Origin: Phenylobacterium sp.
GTDB lineage: Bacteria > Pseudomonadota > Alphaproteobacteria > Caulobacterales > Caulobacteraceae
DNA length: 64,000 nt
Assembly: GCA_028290945.1 (NCBI GenBank)
Contig: JAQGIV010000084.1
Location: 11,908-75,907, forward strand
Direction: 5' to 3'
Position 1 is the first letter of the stretch. Each line of letters starts with the position of its first letter. Below, piece after piece: positions 44,580 to 53,826 of the stretch. The notes under the pieces are model-generated. The model was not told the DNA's origin and searched no databases. It saw nothing but the letters and a program-made list of their open reading frames with translations. Both the position numbers and the translations under genes were made by a program.

Positions 44580-46718
44580 ATGGCCTATGGATACGGACGC
44601 GTAGCGACGTTGTTTGTGGGCGCAGCCGCCGTCGCGTTGCTGGCGGACACCGCCCGCGCGCAGAGCGCCGCGCCGCGCCCACCGGTCTTGGACCGCGCCG
44701 CGACGATCGAGGAACTCGTCGTCACCGCGCGGAAGGTGACCGAGAACCTGCAGGACGTGCCGATCTCGATGACCGCCATTTCGGCGGAGAAGCTGGATTT
44801 CGGCCGCATCTCCACCCAGGAGACGCTGAACAACATCTCGCCGAACGTGCAGGTGTGGAAGCCGGTCAACACCTCCAACAACTACAGCGTCTACATCCGC
44901 GGCGTCGGCCGGAATTCCAACTTCTTCAACGCCGAGTCGCCGGTCGCCATCTATGTGGACGACGTGGTCTTCCCCTACCAGGTCGGCCCGGTGGTCGACG
45001 TGGGCGGGCTGGAGCGGGTGGAGGTGCTGCGCGGACCGCAGGGCACCCTCTACGGCCGCAACGCCACGGTGGGCGCGGTGAAGTACGTGACCCAAAAGCC
45101 AAGTCTGACCGACGAGCTGACCAGCTATGGCTTTACGGCTGGCAAGTTCGGCCGCGCCGAGGGCCAAGTCTCTGAGAGCATCCCGGTGGTGAGCGGCGTA
45201 TGGGCCGCCAAGGCCGATTTCGCGGTTCGCAACTACGACGGCTATGTGCACGACCTGACCACCGGCGGCCAGGTGAACGGCACCCACACCATGAATGGGC
45301 GCTTCTCCACCTTCTGGAAACCGGCTCCGGATCTCAATATCTACGCTTCCGTCGACGGCACTCACGCGAAGGACCCAATCGGCATCAACGTGCCGGTTGT
45401 GGTGGTCGGGACCAACGTGCAGCCGTTCTTCGGCAGCTGGTACACCACGGCCTCCAGCAACGCGCTGCCGCACGTCAACAATCTCGACACCTTGGGCGGC
45501 ACCGTGCAGGCGGTGCTCGACTACCACGGCGTCACACTCAAGTCGGTGACCGCCTACCGGACCTTCCTGCAGGACTTCGTGCAGAACCCGCAGGGCCGCA
45601 CCGACATCCCCTCGACGGGCCTAGAATCGAAGACCCACGACGGCACCTTCACCCAAGAGTTCCAGGCGACAGGGGGGCTGATGGACAGCCGGCTGACCTA
45701 TGTGGCCGGCGTCTTCCTGCTCGACGGCGTCACCCAAAACCGGACCTCGCAGCCGCCGCTCGCCAACCGGCCGGTGTTCACCACCCGTCAGGCGGTGAAG
45801 AGCTATGCGGGCTACATCGACGGCACGGTGAAGATCCTGCCGCAGTGGAGCGTGTCGGCCGGCGTCCGCCAGACCCGCGACGAGAAGACCGCCCACCAGA
45901 CCGAGACCTCGACCACCGTCAACTATGACGCGGGATCGAAGAAGCACTCGTGGCAATCGACGACATACCGGTTCAGCACGGACTACAAGATCACGTCCGA
46001 CATCCTGGCCTACGCCAGCTACGGCACCGGCTTTAAGGGCGGCCAGCTGAACACCGTCCAGCCGACCTCGCTGGCGGCCGCCGACGTCTTCATTCCGCCA
46101 GAGACGGTGACGAACACTGAGGCCGGCCTGAAGACCGAATGGCTGGAGCATCGGCTGCGGGTGAACGTCGATTATTTCTGGACCAACTACAAGAATATGA
46201 CCCAGGCGATCCTCGTGCCGGGCGGCGTCACGCAACTTGCCGTAGCGGATGCCAAAATCGACGGACTGGAGCTGGAGTTCACGGCCCGGCCCCTGCCGGA
46301 TTGGTCGATCTCGGGCATCGTCGGGACCATGAACAGCCGCTACGTGAACGCGCAGCCCGGCAACCCGGTGTTCGGCCTGGCCGACCCGACCCTGCAGCAC
46401 GCGCCGAAGCTGTCCTACCACCTGTGGACGGACTACACCTTCGACAGCCTGCCGATCCCCGGCTCGCTGACGGTGGGCGCCGACTATGCGTGGACCGACA
46501 AGACCTACGAGAGCATCAACCACTCGGCGGTCACGACCCAGAGCCCCTACGAGCTCCTGGGCTTCAAGGTGATCTACGTGCCCGCCGAGCACCACCAGAT
46601 CATCCTGCAGGGCACCAACGTGACCAACACCGTCTGGTTCCTGCTGGGCTCCTCCAACAACGCCCGATTCATCGAACCGCCGTCGGAATTCAGCATCACC
46701 TACAAATACACGAGGTAG
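44580..46718 (+). CDS. TonB-dependent receptor
   Basis: ELVVTARK..ENLQDVP, ERVEVLRGPQGTLYGRNA. Confidence 0.93.
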   Translation: MAYGYGRVATLFVGAAAVALLADTARAQSAAPRPPVLDRAATIEELVVTARKVTENLQDVPISMTAISAEKLDFGRISTQETLNNISPNVQVWKPVNTSNNYSVYIRGVGRNSNFFNAESPVAIYVDDVVFPYQVGPVVDVGGLERVEVLRGPQGTLYGRNATVGAVKYVTQKPSLTDELTSYGFTAGKFGRAEGQVSESIPVVSGVWAAKADFAVRNYDGYVHDLTTGGQVNGTHTMNGRFSTFWKPAPDLNIYASVDGTHAKDPIGINVPVVVVGTNVQPFFGSWYTTASSNALPHVNNLDTLGGTVQAVLDYHGVTLKSVTAYRTFLQDFVQNPQGRTDIPSTGLESKTHDGTFTQEFQATGGLMDSRLTYVAGVFLLDGVTQNRTSQPPLANRPVFTTRQAVKSYAGYIDGTVKILPQWSVSAGVRQTRDEKTAHQTETSTTVNYDAGSKKHSWQSTTYRFSTDYKITSDILAYASYGTGFKGGQLNTVQPTSLAAADVFIPPETVTNTEAGLKTEWLEHRLRVNVDYFWTNYKNMTQAILVPGGVTQLAVADAKIDGLELEFTARPLPDWSISGIVGTMNSRYVNAQPGNPVFGLADPTLQHAPKLSYHLWTDYTFDSLPIPGSLTVGADYAWTDKTYESINHSAVTTQSPYELLGFKVIYVPAEHHQIILQGTNVTNTVWFLLGSSNNARFIEPPSEFSITYKYTR

Positions 46719-46727
46719 GAGCCCTTA

Positions 46728-47903
46728 GTGCCCGCAACGCGTGATCCCCGCACCCCCATCCACGACGTCGACTGGGCCGACGGGCGGATCACCGACGCGG
46801 CGATCAAATACATGCGCGGCCATGTGGGCCAGCCCTACCCGATGCCGAGTTGGCGCCGGCAAGTGACGGCCGAGTCGATCGAGCATTTCGCGCTGGGCCT
46901 CGGCGACGACAACCCGCTGTGGTGGGACGGCGCCTATGCCGAAGGCTCGGCGCTGGGCGCTCGGACCGCGCCACCCTGCTACCTCTACAACCACATCCGC
47001 GCCCCGCGGGTGCGGCCGGACCAGGGGATGAGTTCGGTGGAGCAATTCCTGCCGGGCGTGCTGGGCATACTGGCCGGCGAGACCTGGCGCTGGAACCGCC
47101 GAGTGCGGGTCGACGAGCGGCTTCGCGCCGAGGGCTGCCTGATCGACGTCACGGTGGAGGAGGCCAAGTTCGGCGGTCGCTCCGTCACCCAATACGAGCG
47201 CCACCAGTTCCTGGCCGAAGGCGACGAAGTGGTGGCCGAGTTGGACCACGTCATCAAGCGCTACGAGCGCGGCCAGACCCGCAGCCGCAAGACCTATATG
47301 GACCGGCCGCTGGCCAGCTATTCGGCGGACGACCGCGAGGGGTTCGAGCGGCAGTACGCGGCCGAGGCAGACCAGCGTCGCGGCGCCCGCACCCGCTATA
47401 TCGAGGACCTGACGGTCGGCGACACGCTGGGGCCGATGCTCAAGGGCCCGCTGACCCTGACCAACATCGTCGGCTTCGTCTTGGGCGCCGGCAGCTCGTT
47501 CAACCCCACCAACCGCATGCTGCGGACCTTCGAGAAGCTGCACCCCGGCGCGATGATGATCCACCCGGACAACGGCACACTGGACACCGTCGAGGCGGCC
47601 CACTGGGACGAAGGTTTCGCCCGCGCCAGCGGCATGCCGGCGGCCTATGACCTGGGCATCGCGAGGACCAGCTGGTTCTCGCACCTGGTGACCGACTGGA
47701 TGGGCGACGAGGGCCTCCTGCTCGAACTGGGCACGCGGATGACGCGGCCGAACCTGCTGGGCGACGCAACCTGGCTGACCGGCAAGGTCTCCGCGCTCGA
47801 CCCAGCGTCCGGCGTGGCGACGCTGGAGCTCACGGCGACCAACCAGTTGCAGGAGACCACGGCGACCGCGCGTGCGGACGTGCGCCTGCCGCGGCGGGCC
47901 TGA
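46728..47903 (+). CDS. Double-hotdog MaoC/FAS1-like dehydratase paralogue 2
   Basis: Same motifs as paralogue 1. Confidence 0.82.
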   Translation: MPATRDPRTPIHDVDWADGRITDAAIKYMRGHVGQPYPMPSWRRQVTAESIEHFALGLGDDNPLWWDGAYAEGSALGARTAPPCYLYNHIRAPRVRPDQGMSSVEQFLPGVLGILAGETWRWNRRVRVDERLRAEGCLIDVTVEEAKFGGRSVTQYERHQFLAEGDEVVAELDHVIKRYERGQTRSRKTYMDRPLASYSADDREGFERQYAAEADQRRGARTRYIEDLTVGDTLGPMLKGPLTLTNIVGFVLGAGSSFNPTNRMLRTFEKLHPGAMMIHPDNGTLDTVEAAHWDEGFARASGMPAAYDLGIARTSWFSHLVTDWMGDEGLLLELGTRMTRPNLLGDATWLTGKVSALDPASGVATLELTATNQLQETTATARADVRLPRRA

Positions 47904-47958
47904 CAAGGATTTCTGGGATCGGCCTTCGCCACCGCGGAGGCCACGTGGAGGCGGCCGG

Positions 47959-49113
47959 ATGGCGGACGACGTAGACTGGCGTGACGGCAAGATCACCGAT
48001 GCCGGGATCGATTTCATGCGCTCGCGCCTGGGCAAGAAGCACCCGATCCCAACCTGGAACCGTGCAGTCACCAAGGACGGGATCGAACATTTCGCCCTGG
48101 GGATCGGCGACAACAATCCGCTGTGGTGGGAGGACGCCTACGCGCAGGCCTCGCCGCACGGCAAGCGGGTTGCGCCGCCCTGCTACCTCTACAGCCACAC
48201 CCGCGCGCCGCGCATCAAGCCGGAACACGGCGGCCAGAGCGTCGAGGTCTATCTGCCCGGCGTGCTGGGCATCTGGGCCGGGGAGCACTGGCGCTGGAAC
48301 CGGCTGCCGGCCGAGGGCGACGTGATCACCGGCCAGGCGGAGCTGGTGGACGTCAGCGTCGGCGAGGGCCGGTTTGGCGGCCGCACAGTGGCCCACGTCG
48401 AGCGGATCAGCCTGGTGACCGTGGAGGGAGAGGTCGTCGCCGAGGTCGACCACACCATCAAACGGTTCGAACGCAGCGAGACGCGCGAGCGGCGAACCTA
48501 TCTCGACCGGCCTCTTGCCCGCTATTCGGCGGCCGACCGCAAGCGCTTCGCCGACCAGTACGAGGCCGAGGCCGCCGCGCGGCGCGGAGGCCGTGAGCGC
48601 TATGTGGAGGAGGTGCGGGTCGGGGAAACGCTCGGTCCGATGCTGAAGGGGCCGCTGACCATCACCAACATGGTGGGCTGGCTGCTCGGCGGGGGCAGCA
48701 ACCTCAATCCGACCAACCGCATGCTGCACGAGTTCGGCAAGCTGCACCCCGGCGCCATGATGCTGCATCCCGAAACCGGCATTCTCGACACCATCGAGGC
48801 GCCGCACTGGGAGCCGGTGTTCGCCCAGGCGAGCGGCCTGCCCACCGGCTACGACATCGGCTGCATGCGGATCAGCTGGTTCTCGCACCTGGTCACCGAC
48901 TGGATGGGCGACCACGGCCTGCTCACCGACCTGCAGACCAAGATCGTCAAGCCGAACCTGATGGGCGACGTCACCTGGCTGACCGGCGAGGTGACGGGCA
49001 TTGAAGACGCCGCCGAGCGGTTGGTGAGCGTGCAACTGACCGCCACCAACCAGCTCGACGAGGTCACCGCCATCGGCTCGGCCAAGGTCAAACTCCCGCA
49101 AAGGATATCGTGA
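47959..49113 (+). CDS. Double-hotdog MaoC/FAS1-like dehydratase paralogue 3
   Basis: GGAGG RBS, ATG 47959 MADDVDWRDG; same motifs. Confidence 0.82.
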   Translation: MADDVDWRDGKITDAGIDFMRSRLGKKHPIPTWNRAVTKDGIEHFALGIGDNNPLWWEDAYAQASPHGKRVAPPCYLYSHTRAPRIKPEHGGQSVEVYLPGVLGIWAGEHWRWNRLPAEGDVITGQAELVDVSVGEGRFGGRTVAHVERISLVTVEGEVVAEVDHTIKRFERSETRERRTYLDRPLARYSAADRKRFADQYEAEAAARRGGRERYVEEVRVGETLGPMLKGPLTITNMVGWLLGGGSNLNPTNRMLHEFGKLHPGAMMLHPETGILDTIEAPHWEPVFAQASGLPTGYDIGCMRISWFSHLVTDWMGDHGLLTDLQTKIVKPNLMGDVTWLTGEVTGIEDAAERLVSVQLTATNQLDEVTAIGSAKVKLPQRIS

Positions 49114-49117
49114 CGCG

Positions 49118-50161
49118 ATGAGTGATGTGATGTCGGCCGGCGCCGTCGGCCAGCGTTGGAAGCAGCGCCCGGAAGGGTCGAACTGGGGTGAGTTCGGGCC
49201 GGACGACCAGCTCGGCCGGCTGAACCTGATCACGCCCGAGGTGGTGAAGGCCGCTGTCGCCGAGGTGATCGAGGGGCACAGCTTCTGCCTGAGCCTGCCG
49301 CTCGACCTGCCCGGCGGCAATCAGTTCGATCGCCGCCATCCGCCGAGGCTCGCGCCCACCGGCACGGCCGACGACCCGCACATGCACCGCCACGCCGAAA
49401 GTGAGCGCTGGCCGAACGTCACGGACTACATCTGCGACGACGTGGTCACCATGGTGCTGCAGTATTCCACCCAGTGGGACAGCCTGTGCCACCACGGCTA
49501 CCTGTTCGACGCGGACGGCGATGGCGTGGAGGAGCCGGTCTATTACAACGGCTGGCGGCCGCAGGAGATCTTCCGCGGGCCGGACGAGGAGCCCGAGAAG
49601 GGTGTCCGCCGCCTCGGCATAGAGAACATGGCGGTCAAAGGCATCCAGACCCGCGGCGTGATGTTCGACTTCCACCGCCACTTCGGGCCGGGTCGCCGGG
49701 CGGTGAGCTACGACGATCTGATGCAGGTGATCGAGGTCGACGCGATCGACGTGCGACGCGGCGACATGATGTGCCTGCACTCGGGCTATGCTCAGACGAT
49801 CATCGAGATGGCCGGCCAGCCCGACCTCAGCCGGCTGCGGCTGCTGGGCGCAGAGCTCGACGGCCTCGACCAACGGCTGCTTCGCTGGATCGACGAGTCC
49901 GGGATCGTGGCCATCGCTGCCGACACCGTCGCGGTGGAGACCTTCCGCCGGCCGACCGGGGAGGGCCCGCGCAAGGCGCTGATGCCGCTGCACGAGCACT
50001 GCCTGTTCAAGCTCGGCATGCCGCTGGGCGAATACTGGTGGATGACGCCGCTGGCCGCGGCGCTGGCCGAACGCAAGCGGACCGCATTCCTGGTGACCGC
50101 CCCGCCGCTCCGTCTGCCCGGGGCCGTCGGCTCGCCGGTGACCCCGATCGCCACGATCTGA
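49118..50161 (+). CDS. Cyclase family (kynurenine-formamidase-like) metallohydrolase
   Basis: SNWGEFGPDDQLGRLN, QYSTQWDSLCH, HEHCLFKLGMPLGE, GAVGSP. Confidence 0.88.
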   Translation: MSDVMSAGAVGQRWKQRPEGSNWGEFGPDDQLGRLNLITPEVVKAAVAEVIEGHSFCLSLPLDLPGGNQFDRRHPPRLAPTGTADDPHMHRHAESERWPNVTDYICDDVVTMVLQYSTQWDSLCHHGYLFDADGDGVEEPVYYNGWRPQEIFRGPDEEPEKGVRRLGIENMAVKGIQTRGVMFDFHRHFGPGRRAVSYDDLMQVIEVDAIDVRRGDMMCLHSGYAQTIIEMAGQPDLSRLRLLGAELDGLDQRLLRWIDESGIVAIAADTVAVETFRRPTGEGPRKALMPLHEHCLFKLGMPLGEYWWMTPLAAALAERKRTAFLVTAPPLRLPGAVGSPVTPIATI

Positions 50162-50162
50162 C

Positions 50163-51317
50163 ATGGGCCAGTCCGGGGCGGAGTACGGCAGGATCACCGA
50201 CGCCGCCCTGGAGCGCGTGCGACGCGCGGTGGGCGTGCGTACGCCGGTGGCGGGCTGGAACCGCACCGTTAGCCGCGAGGGGATCGAGCACTTCGCGCTC
50301 GGCATCGGCGACGACAATCCGCTGTGGTGGGACGATGACTACGCCGCGGCTTCGCCGCTCGCCGGGCGGACCGCGCCCCCCTGTTACCTGCACAGCCACC
50401 TGCGCGGCCCGAAGTTGCAGCCCGAGCATGGCCGCTCCAACGTCTCGGCGCACCTGCCCGGCGTGTTCGCCCTGGTGGGTGCGGAGACCTGGCGCTGGCG
50501 CCGGCCCGTGCGGGTCGGCGAGACCCTGAGGGCGGAGAGCACACTGGCCGAGGTCTCCGAGCACCAGGGCCGGTTCGGCGGACGCACCATCCGCCAGCTG
50601 GAGCGCATCTCTGTGACCAGCGACGCCGGTGACGAGGTGGCCGAACTGGACCACGTCATCGACCGCTTCGAGCGTGACGAGACCCGGGCGCGGCGCACCT
50701 ACCTGGACCGGCCGCTCGCCGTCTGGTCAGCGGCCGACTGGGCCCGGTTCGAAGGGCAATATGCCCAAGAGGCCGCCGCCCGGCGCGGCGCCGAGCCGCG
50801 GTTCATCGAGGAGGTGCAGAGCGGCGACGGACTGGCGCCGATGCTCAAGGGCCCGCTGACCCTGACCAACATCATCGGCTTCCTGCTCGGCATCGGCAGC
50901 CCGAACACGCCGGCCAACCGTACAGCCGCGCAGTTCTACGCCCGCGATCCGGACGCTCGCCTTGTCGAAGCCGGCCTCGTCGACACCATTGAGGCGCCGC
51001 ACTGGGACGCGGCCCTGGCCCGGGCCAGCGGCCTGCCGAGCGGCTATGATTTTGCCCGCCAGCGGGCGAGCTGGTTCTCGCATCTGGTCACGGACTGGAT
51101 GGGCGACGCAGGCTTTCTCACCGAACTGGAGTCGAAGATCACCCGTCCCAACCTGATCGGCGACGTCACCTGGCTGGCGGGTCGCGTCGTGGCCGTCGAG
51201 CCGGCCACGCGGTGCGTCACCCTGGCGCTCTCGGCCACCAACCAACTCGAGGAGATCACCGCCAAGGCGATGGCGCGGGTTCGCCTTCCGTCGCGCGGCG
51301 GGGACGCCGGGCCGTGA
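50163..51317 (+). CDS. Double-hotdog MaoC/FAS1-like dehydratase paralogue 4
   Basis: Same motifs as paralogues 1-3. Confidence 0.82.
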   Translation: MGQSGAEYGRITDAALERVRRAVGVRTPVAGWNRTVSREGIEHFALGIGDDNPLWWDDDYAAASPLAGRTAPPCYLHSHLRGPKLQPEHGRSNVSAHLPGVFALVGAETWRWRRPVRVGETLRAESTLAEVSEHQGRFGGRTIRQLERISVTSDAGDEVAELDHVIDRFERDETRARRTYLDRPLAVWSAADWARFEGQYAQEAAARRGAEPRFIEEVQSGDGLAPMLKGPLTLTNIIGFLLGIGSPNTPANRTAAQFYARDPDARLVEAGLVDTIEAPHWDAALARASGLPSGYDFARQRASWFSHLVTDWMGDAGFLTELESKITRPNLIGDVTWLAGRVVAVEPATRCVTLALSATNQLEEITAKAMARVRLPSRGGDAGP

Positions 51318-52966
51318 CCCGGGAGGATTGGATGGAGCCGCCGGACTACCCGGCCACGATCGCCTCGCTTCTGCATCATGCGGTGGCGGCCCATGGCGAG
51401 CGCGAGTTCGTGGTCAGCGGCGAGGCGCGGACCACCTTCGCGCAGGCGGAGCGCGGTTCTGCCCAACTCGCCGCGCGGCTGCTGGCGGCCGGCATCGGCA
51501 AGGGGACCCGGGTCGGCATCCTGATGCCCAATACGCCCGACTGGGCGGTGGTCTTCCTCGCGGTGACCCGCATCGGCGCCCTGGCGGTGCTGATCTCCAC
51601 CACCTATCAGCGCCGCGACCTGGCCCATGTGCTGCGCCACGGAGACATCGACACCCTGTTCATGGCCGGGAAGTTCCTGAACCACGACTATGTGGCGCGC
51701 CTGGAGGAGATTGCCCCCGAGCTGCGCGGGCAGGAGGGCGTGGGCGACCTGCGCTGCCCTTCGCTGCCGCTGCTGCGGCGGGTCTATGTGTGGGGCGCCT
51801 GGCCCGGCTGGGGTCGTTCGGCGGAGGAGCTTCTGGAATGGCGCCCGGCGGCGGGCGACGAACTGCTGCGGGCGGTGGAGGCGCAGGTCACCCCGGCCGA
51901 CCTCTGCCTGGTCATCTACACCTCCGGCAGCACCGCGGCGCCTAAGGGCATCGTCCACGCCCACGGCCCGATCGTACGGCGGCCGCACATCGTGCGCGGC
52001 CAGAAGATGTACGAGGCCGACGACCGCCTCCTGCAGCTGGGTCCGTTCTGCTGGGTCGGCGGCGTGCTCTCGCTCCTGTGGGCCCTGGAGATCGGGCTCT
52101 GCGTCGTCTGTCCGCCCGATCCGAAGACCGAGACGGTGGTGGCGACCATCGCCCGCGAGAAACCGACGCGCATCCAAGCCCAGCCGGGTCAGATCAAGCT
52201 GCTGCGCGCCCATCCGGGCGTCGCGGCGATGGACCCGGCGACCGTGCGCTTCCTCGACGGTGAGCGCGGCGCGGATGGCGAGCTGATCGCGGAGGATCGT
52301 TTCTCCCGCGGCCTCGGGATGACCGAGACCGTGGCGATGCACAGCCTCGAATTGTGGGGCGAGATGGCGCCCGACAAGGTCGGCGCCTTCGGGCGCGGCG
52401 CACCGGACATCGAGCGCCGCATCCGCGATCCCGAGACCGGCGACTGGCTGGGACCGGACCGGGAAGGTGAGCTGTGGGTCCGTGGGCCCGGCGTGCTCAA
52501 CGGCCTCTACAAAGAGGACCGCGCCGAGGTGTTCGACGCCGACGGTTTCTACCCGACGGGCGACCGCTGCCGTATCGACGCCGACGGGTTCCTCTATTTC
52601 CTCGGCCGCAGCGGCGAGATGATCAAGACAGGCGGCGCCAACGTCTCGCCCCGCGAGGTCGAAGCCGCGATCGAGGCCTATCCCGAAGTCGAGGAGGCCG
52701 GCGTCTTCGCCCTCCCCGGCGAGGGTCACGACCAGATGGTGGCTGCGGTGGTCATTGTGCGGCCCGGGACGAAGCTGTCACCCGACGACCTGCGGCAAAG
52801 GCTGCGCGGTGAGATCTCGGCCTTCAAGATCCCCAAGCTGGTGTTCGTCGAGACCTACGAGGCGACGCCGCGCACCCGCAGCGGCAAGCTGGACAAGCGG
52901 CAGTTCGCCAAGGCGGTCATCGCCGGCGAGCGCGGCCCCGCGGCGGTCGCATATCCGCCGCGCTGA
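51314..52966 (+). CDS. Acyl-CoA synthetase (class I adenylate-forming) A
   Basis: YTSGSTAAPKG, GMTET, TGD, IKTGGANV, SGKLDK; GTGA overlap. Confidence 0.92.
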   Translation: MTREDWMEPPDYPATIASLLHHAVAAHGEREFVVSGEARTTFAQAERGSAQLAARLLAAGIGKGTRVGILMPNTPDWAVVFLAVTRIGALAVLISTTYQRRDLAHVLRHGDIDTLFMAGKFLNHDYVARLEEIAPELRGQEGVGDLRCPSLPLLRRVYVWGAWPGWGRSAEELLEWRPAAGDELLRAVEAQVTPADLCLVIYTSGSTAAPKGIVHAHGPIVRRPHIVRGQKMYEADDRLLQLGPFCWVGGVLSLLWALEIGLCVVCPPDPKTETVVATIAREKPTRIQAQPGQIKLLRAHPGVAAMDPATVRFLDGERGADGELIAEDRFSRGLGMTETVAMHSLELWGEMAPDKVGAFGRGAPDIERRIRDPETGDWLGPDREGELWVRGPGVLNGLYKEDRAEVFDADGFYPTGDRCRIDADGFLYFLGRSGEMIKTGGANVSPREVEAAIEAYPEVEEAGVFALPGEGHDQMVAAVVIVRPGTKLSPDDLRQRLRGEISAFKIPKLVFVETYEATPRTRSGKLDKRQFAKAVIAGERGPAAVAYPPR

Positions 52967-52980
52967 AGGAGACGGCGACC

Positions 52981-53826
52981 ATGGACACCATGCTGCCCAA
53001 GGACACCTTCAAGGACGCCGTCGTGCTGGTCACCGGCGGCGGCACGGGCCTGGGGCTCGCCATGTCGCTGGCCTTCGCGAGCCTGGGCGCCGGCGTGGTC
53101 GTGGCCAGCCGCAATCCGGCCCACCGCGAGCGCGGCCTCGAACTGATCCGCGAGCTGGGGGGTCCGGCGGCCGGAGTCGAGCTGGAGGTGCGCGAGGCGG
53201 CCTCGGTCGCCGCGGCCTTCGACGCGGCGGAGGCGGCGCTCGGCCCGGTGCGGGTGCTGGTCAACAACGCCGCCGCCAACTTCTTCGCCAAAGCCGAGGA
53301 CATCACCGCCAACGGCTGGGACACCGTGGTCGACCGGGTGCTGAAGGGCGGGTTCCTGTGCAGTCGCGAGTTCGCTGCCCGGCGCATCGCCACGGGCCAG
53401 CCGGGCGCGATCCTCAACATCGTCAGCGCGCCGGGCTTCATGGGCGGCCCCGGCGTCGCCCATAGCGCCGCGGCCAAGGCCGGGATGATCAACCTGACGC
53501 GCACGCTCGCCGTCGAATGGGCGCCGCACGACATCCGGGTCAACGCCATTGCGCCCGGCACCTTCCTGCACGACGACGGCGACCCGGCGGTCCGCGCGGG
53601 CCGCCTTCACTGGGAGGACGCCCATCGCCGGATTCCGCTGGGTCGCACCGGCGAGCTGCAGGAACTGGGCTGGCTGGCGACCTATCTTTGCTCCACCTAC
53701 GCGGGCTTCATGACCGGCCAGGTGATCGCGCTCGACGGAGGCGGCCACCTGCCGCGGACCGTCGCTCAGCCGGAGTTCACGCCGATCGCCGAACAGCTGC
53801 GGCGCGCCGACGCGGCGGCCTCCTAG
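52981..53826 (+). CDS. SDR, 2,4-dienoyl-CoA reductase-like
   Basis: TGGGTGLG, NNAAANF, HSAAAKAG, LAVEWA. Confidence 0.88.
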   Translation: MDTMLPKDTFKDAVVLVTGGGTGLGLAMSLAFASLGAGVVVASRNPAHRERGLELIRELGGPAAGVELEVREAASVAAAFDAAEAALGPVRVLVNNAAANFFAKAEDITANGWDTVVDRVLKGGFLCSREFAARRIATGQPGAILNIVSAPGFMGGPGVAHSAAAKAGMINLTRTLAVEWAPHDIRVNAIAPGTFLHDDGDPAVRAGRLHWEDAHRRIPLGRTGELQELGWLATYLCSTYAGFMTGQVIALDGGGHLPRTVAQPEFTPIAEQLRRADAAAS

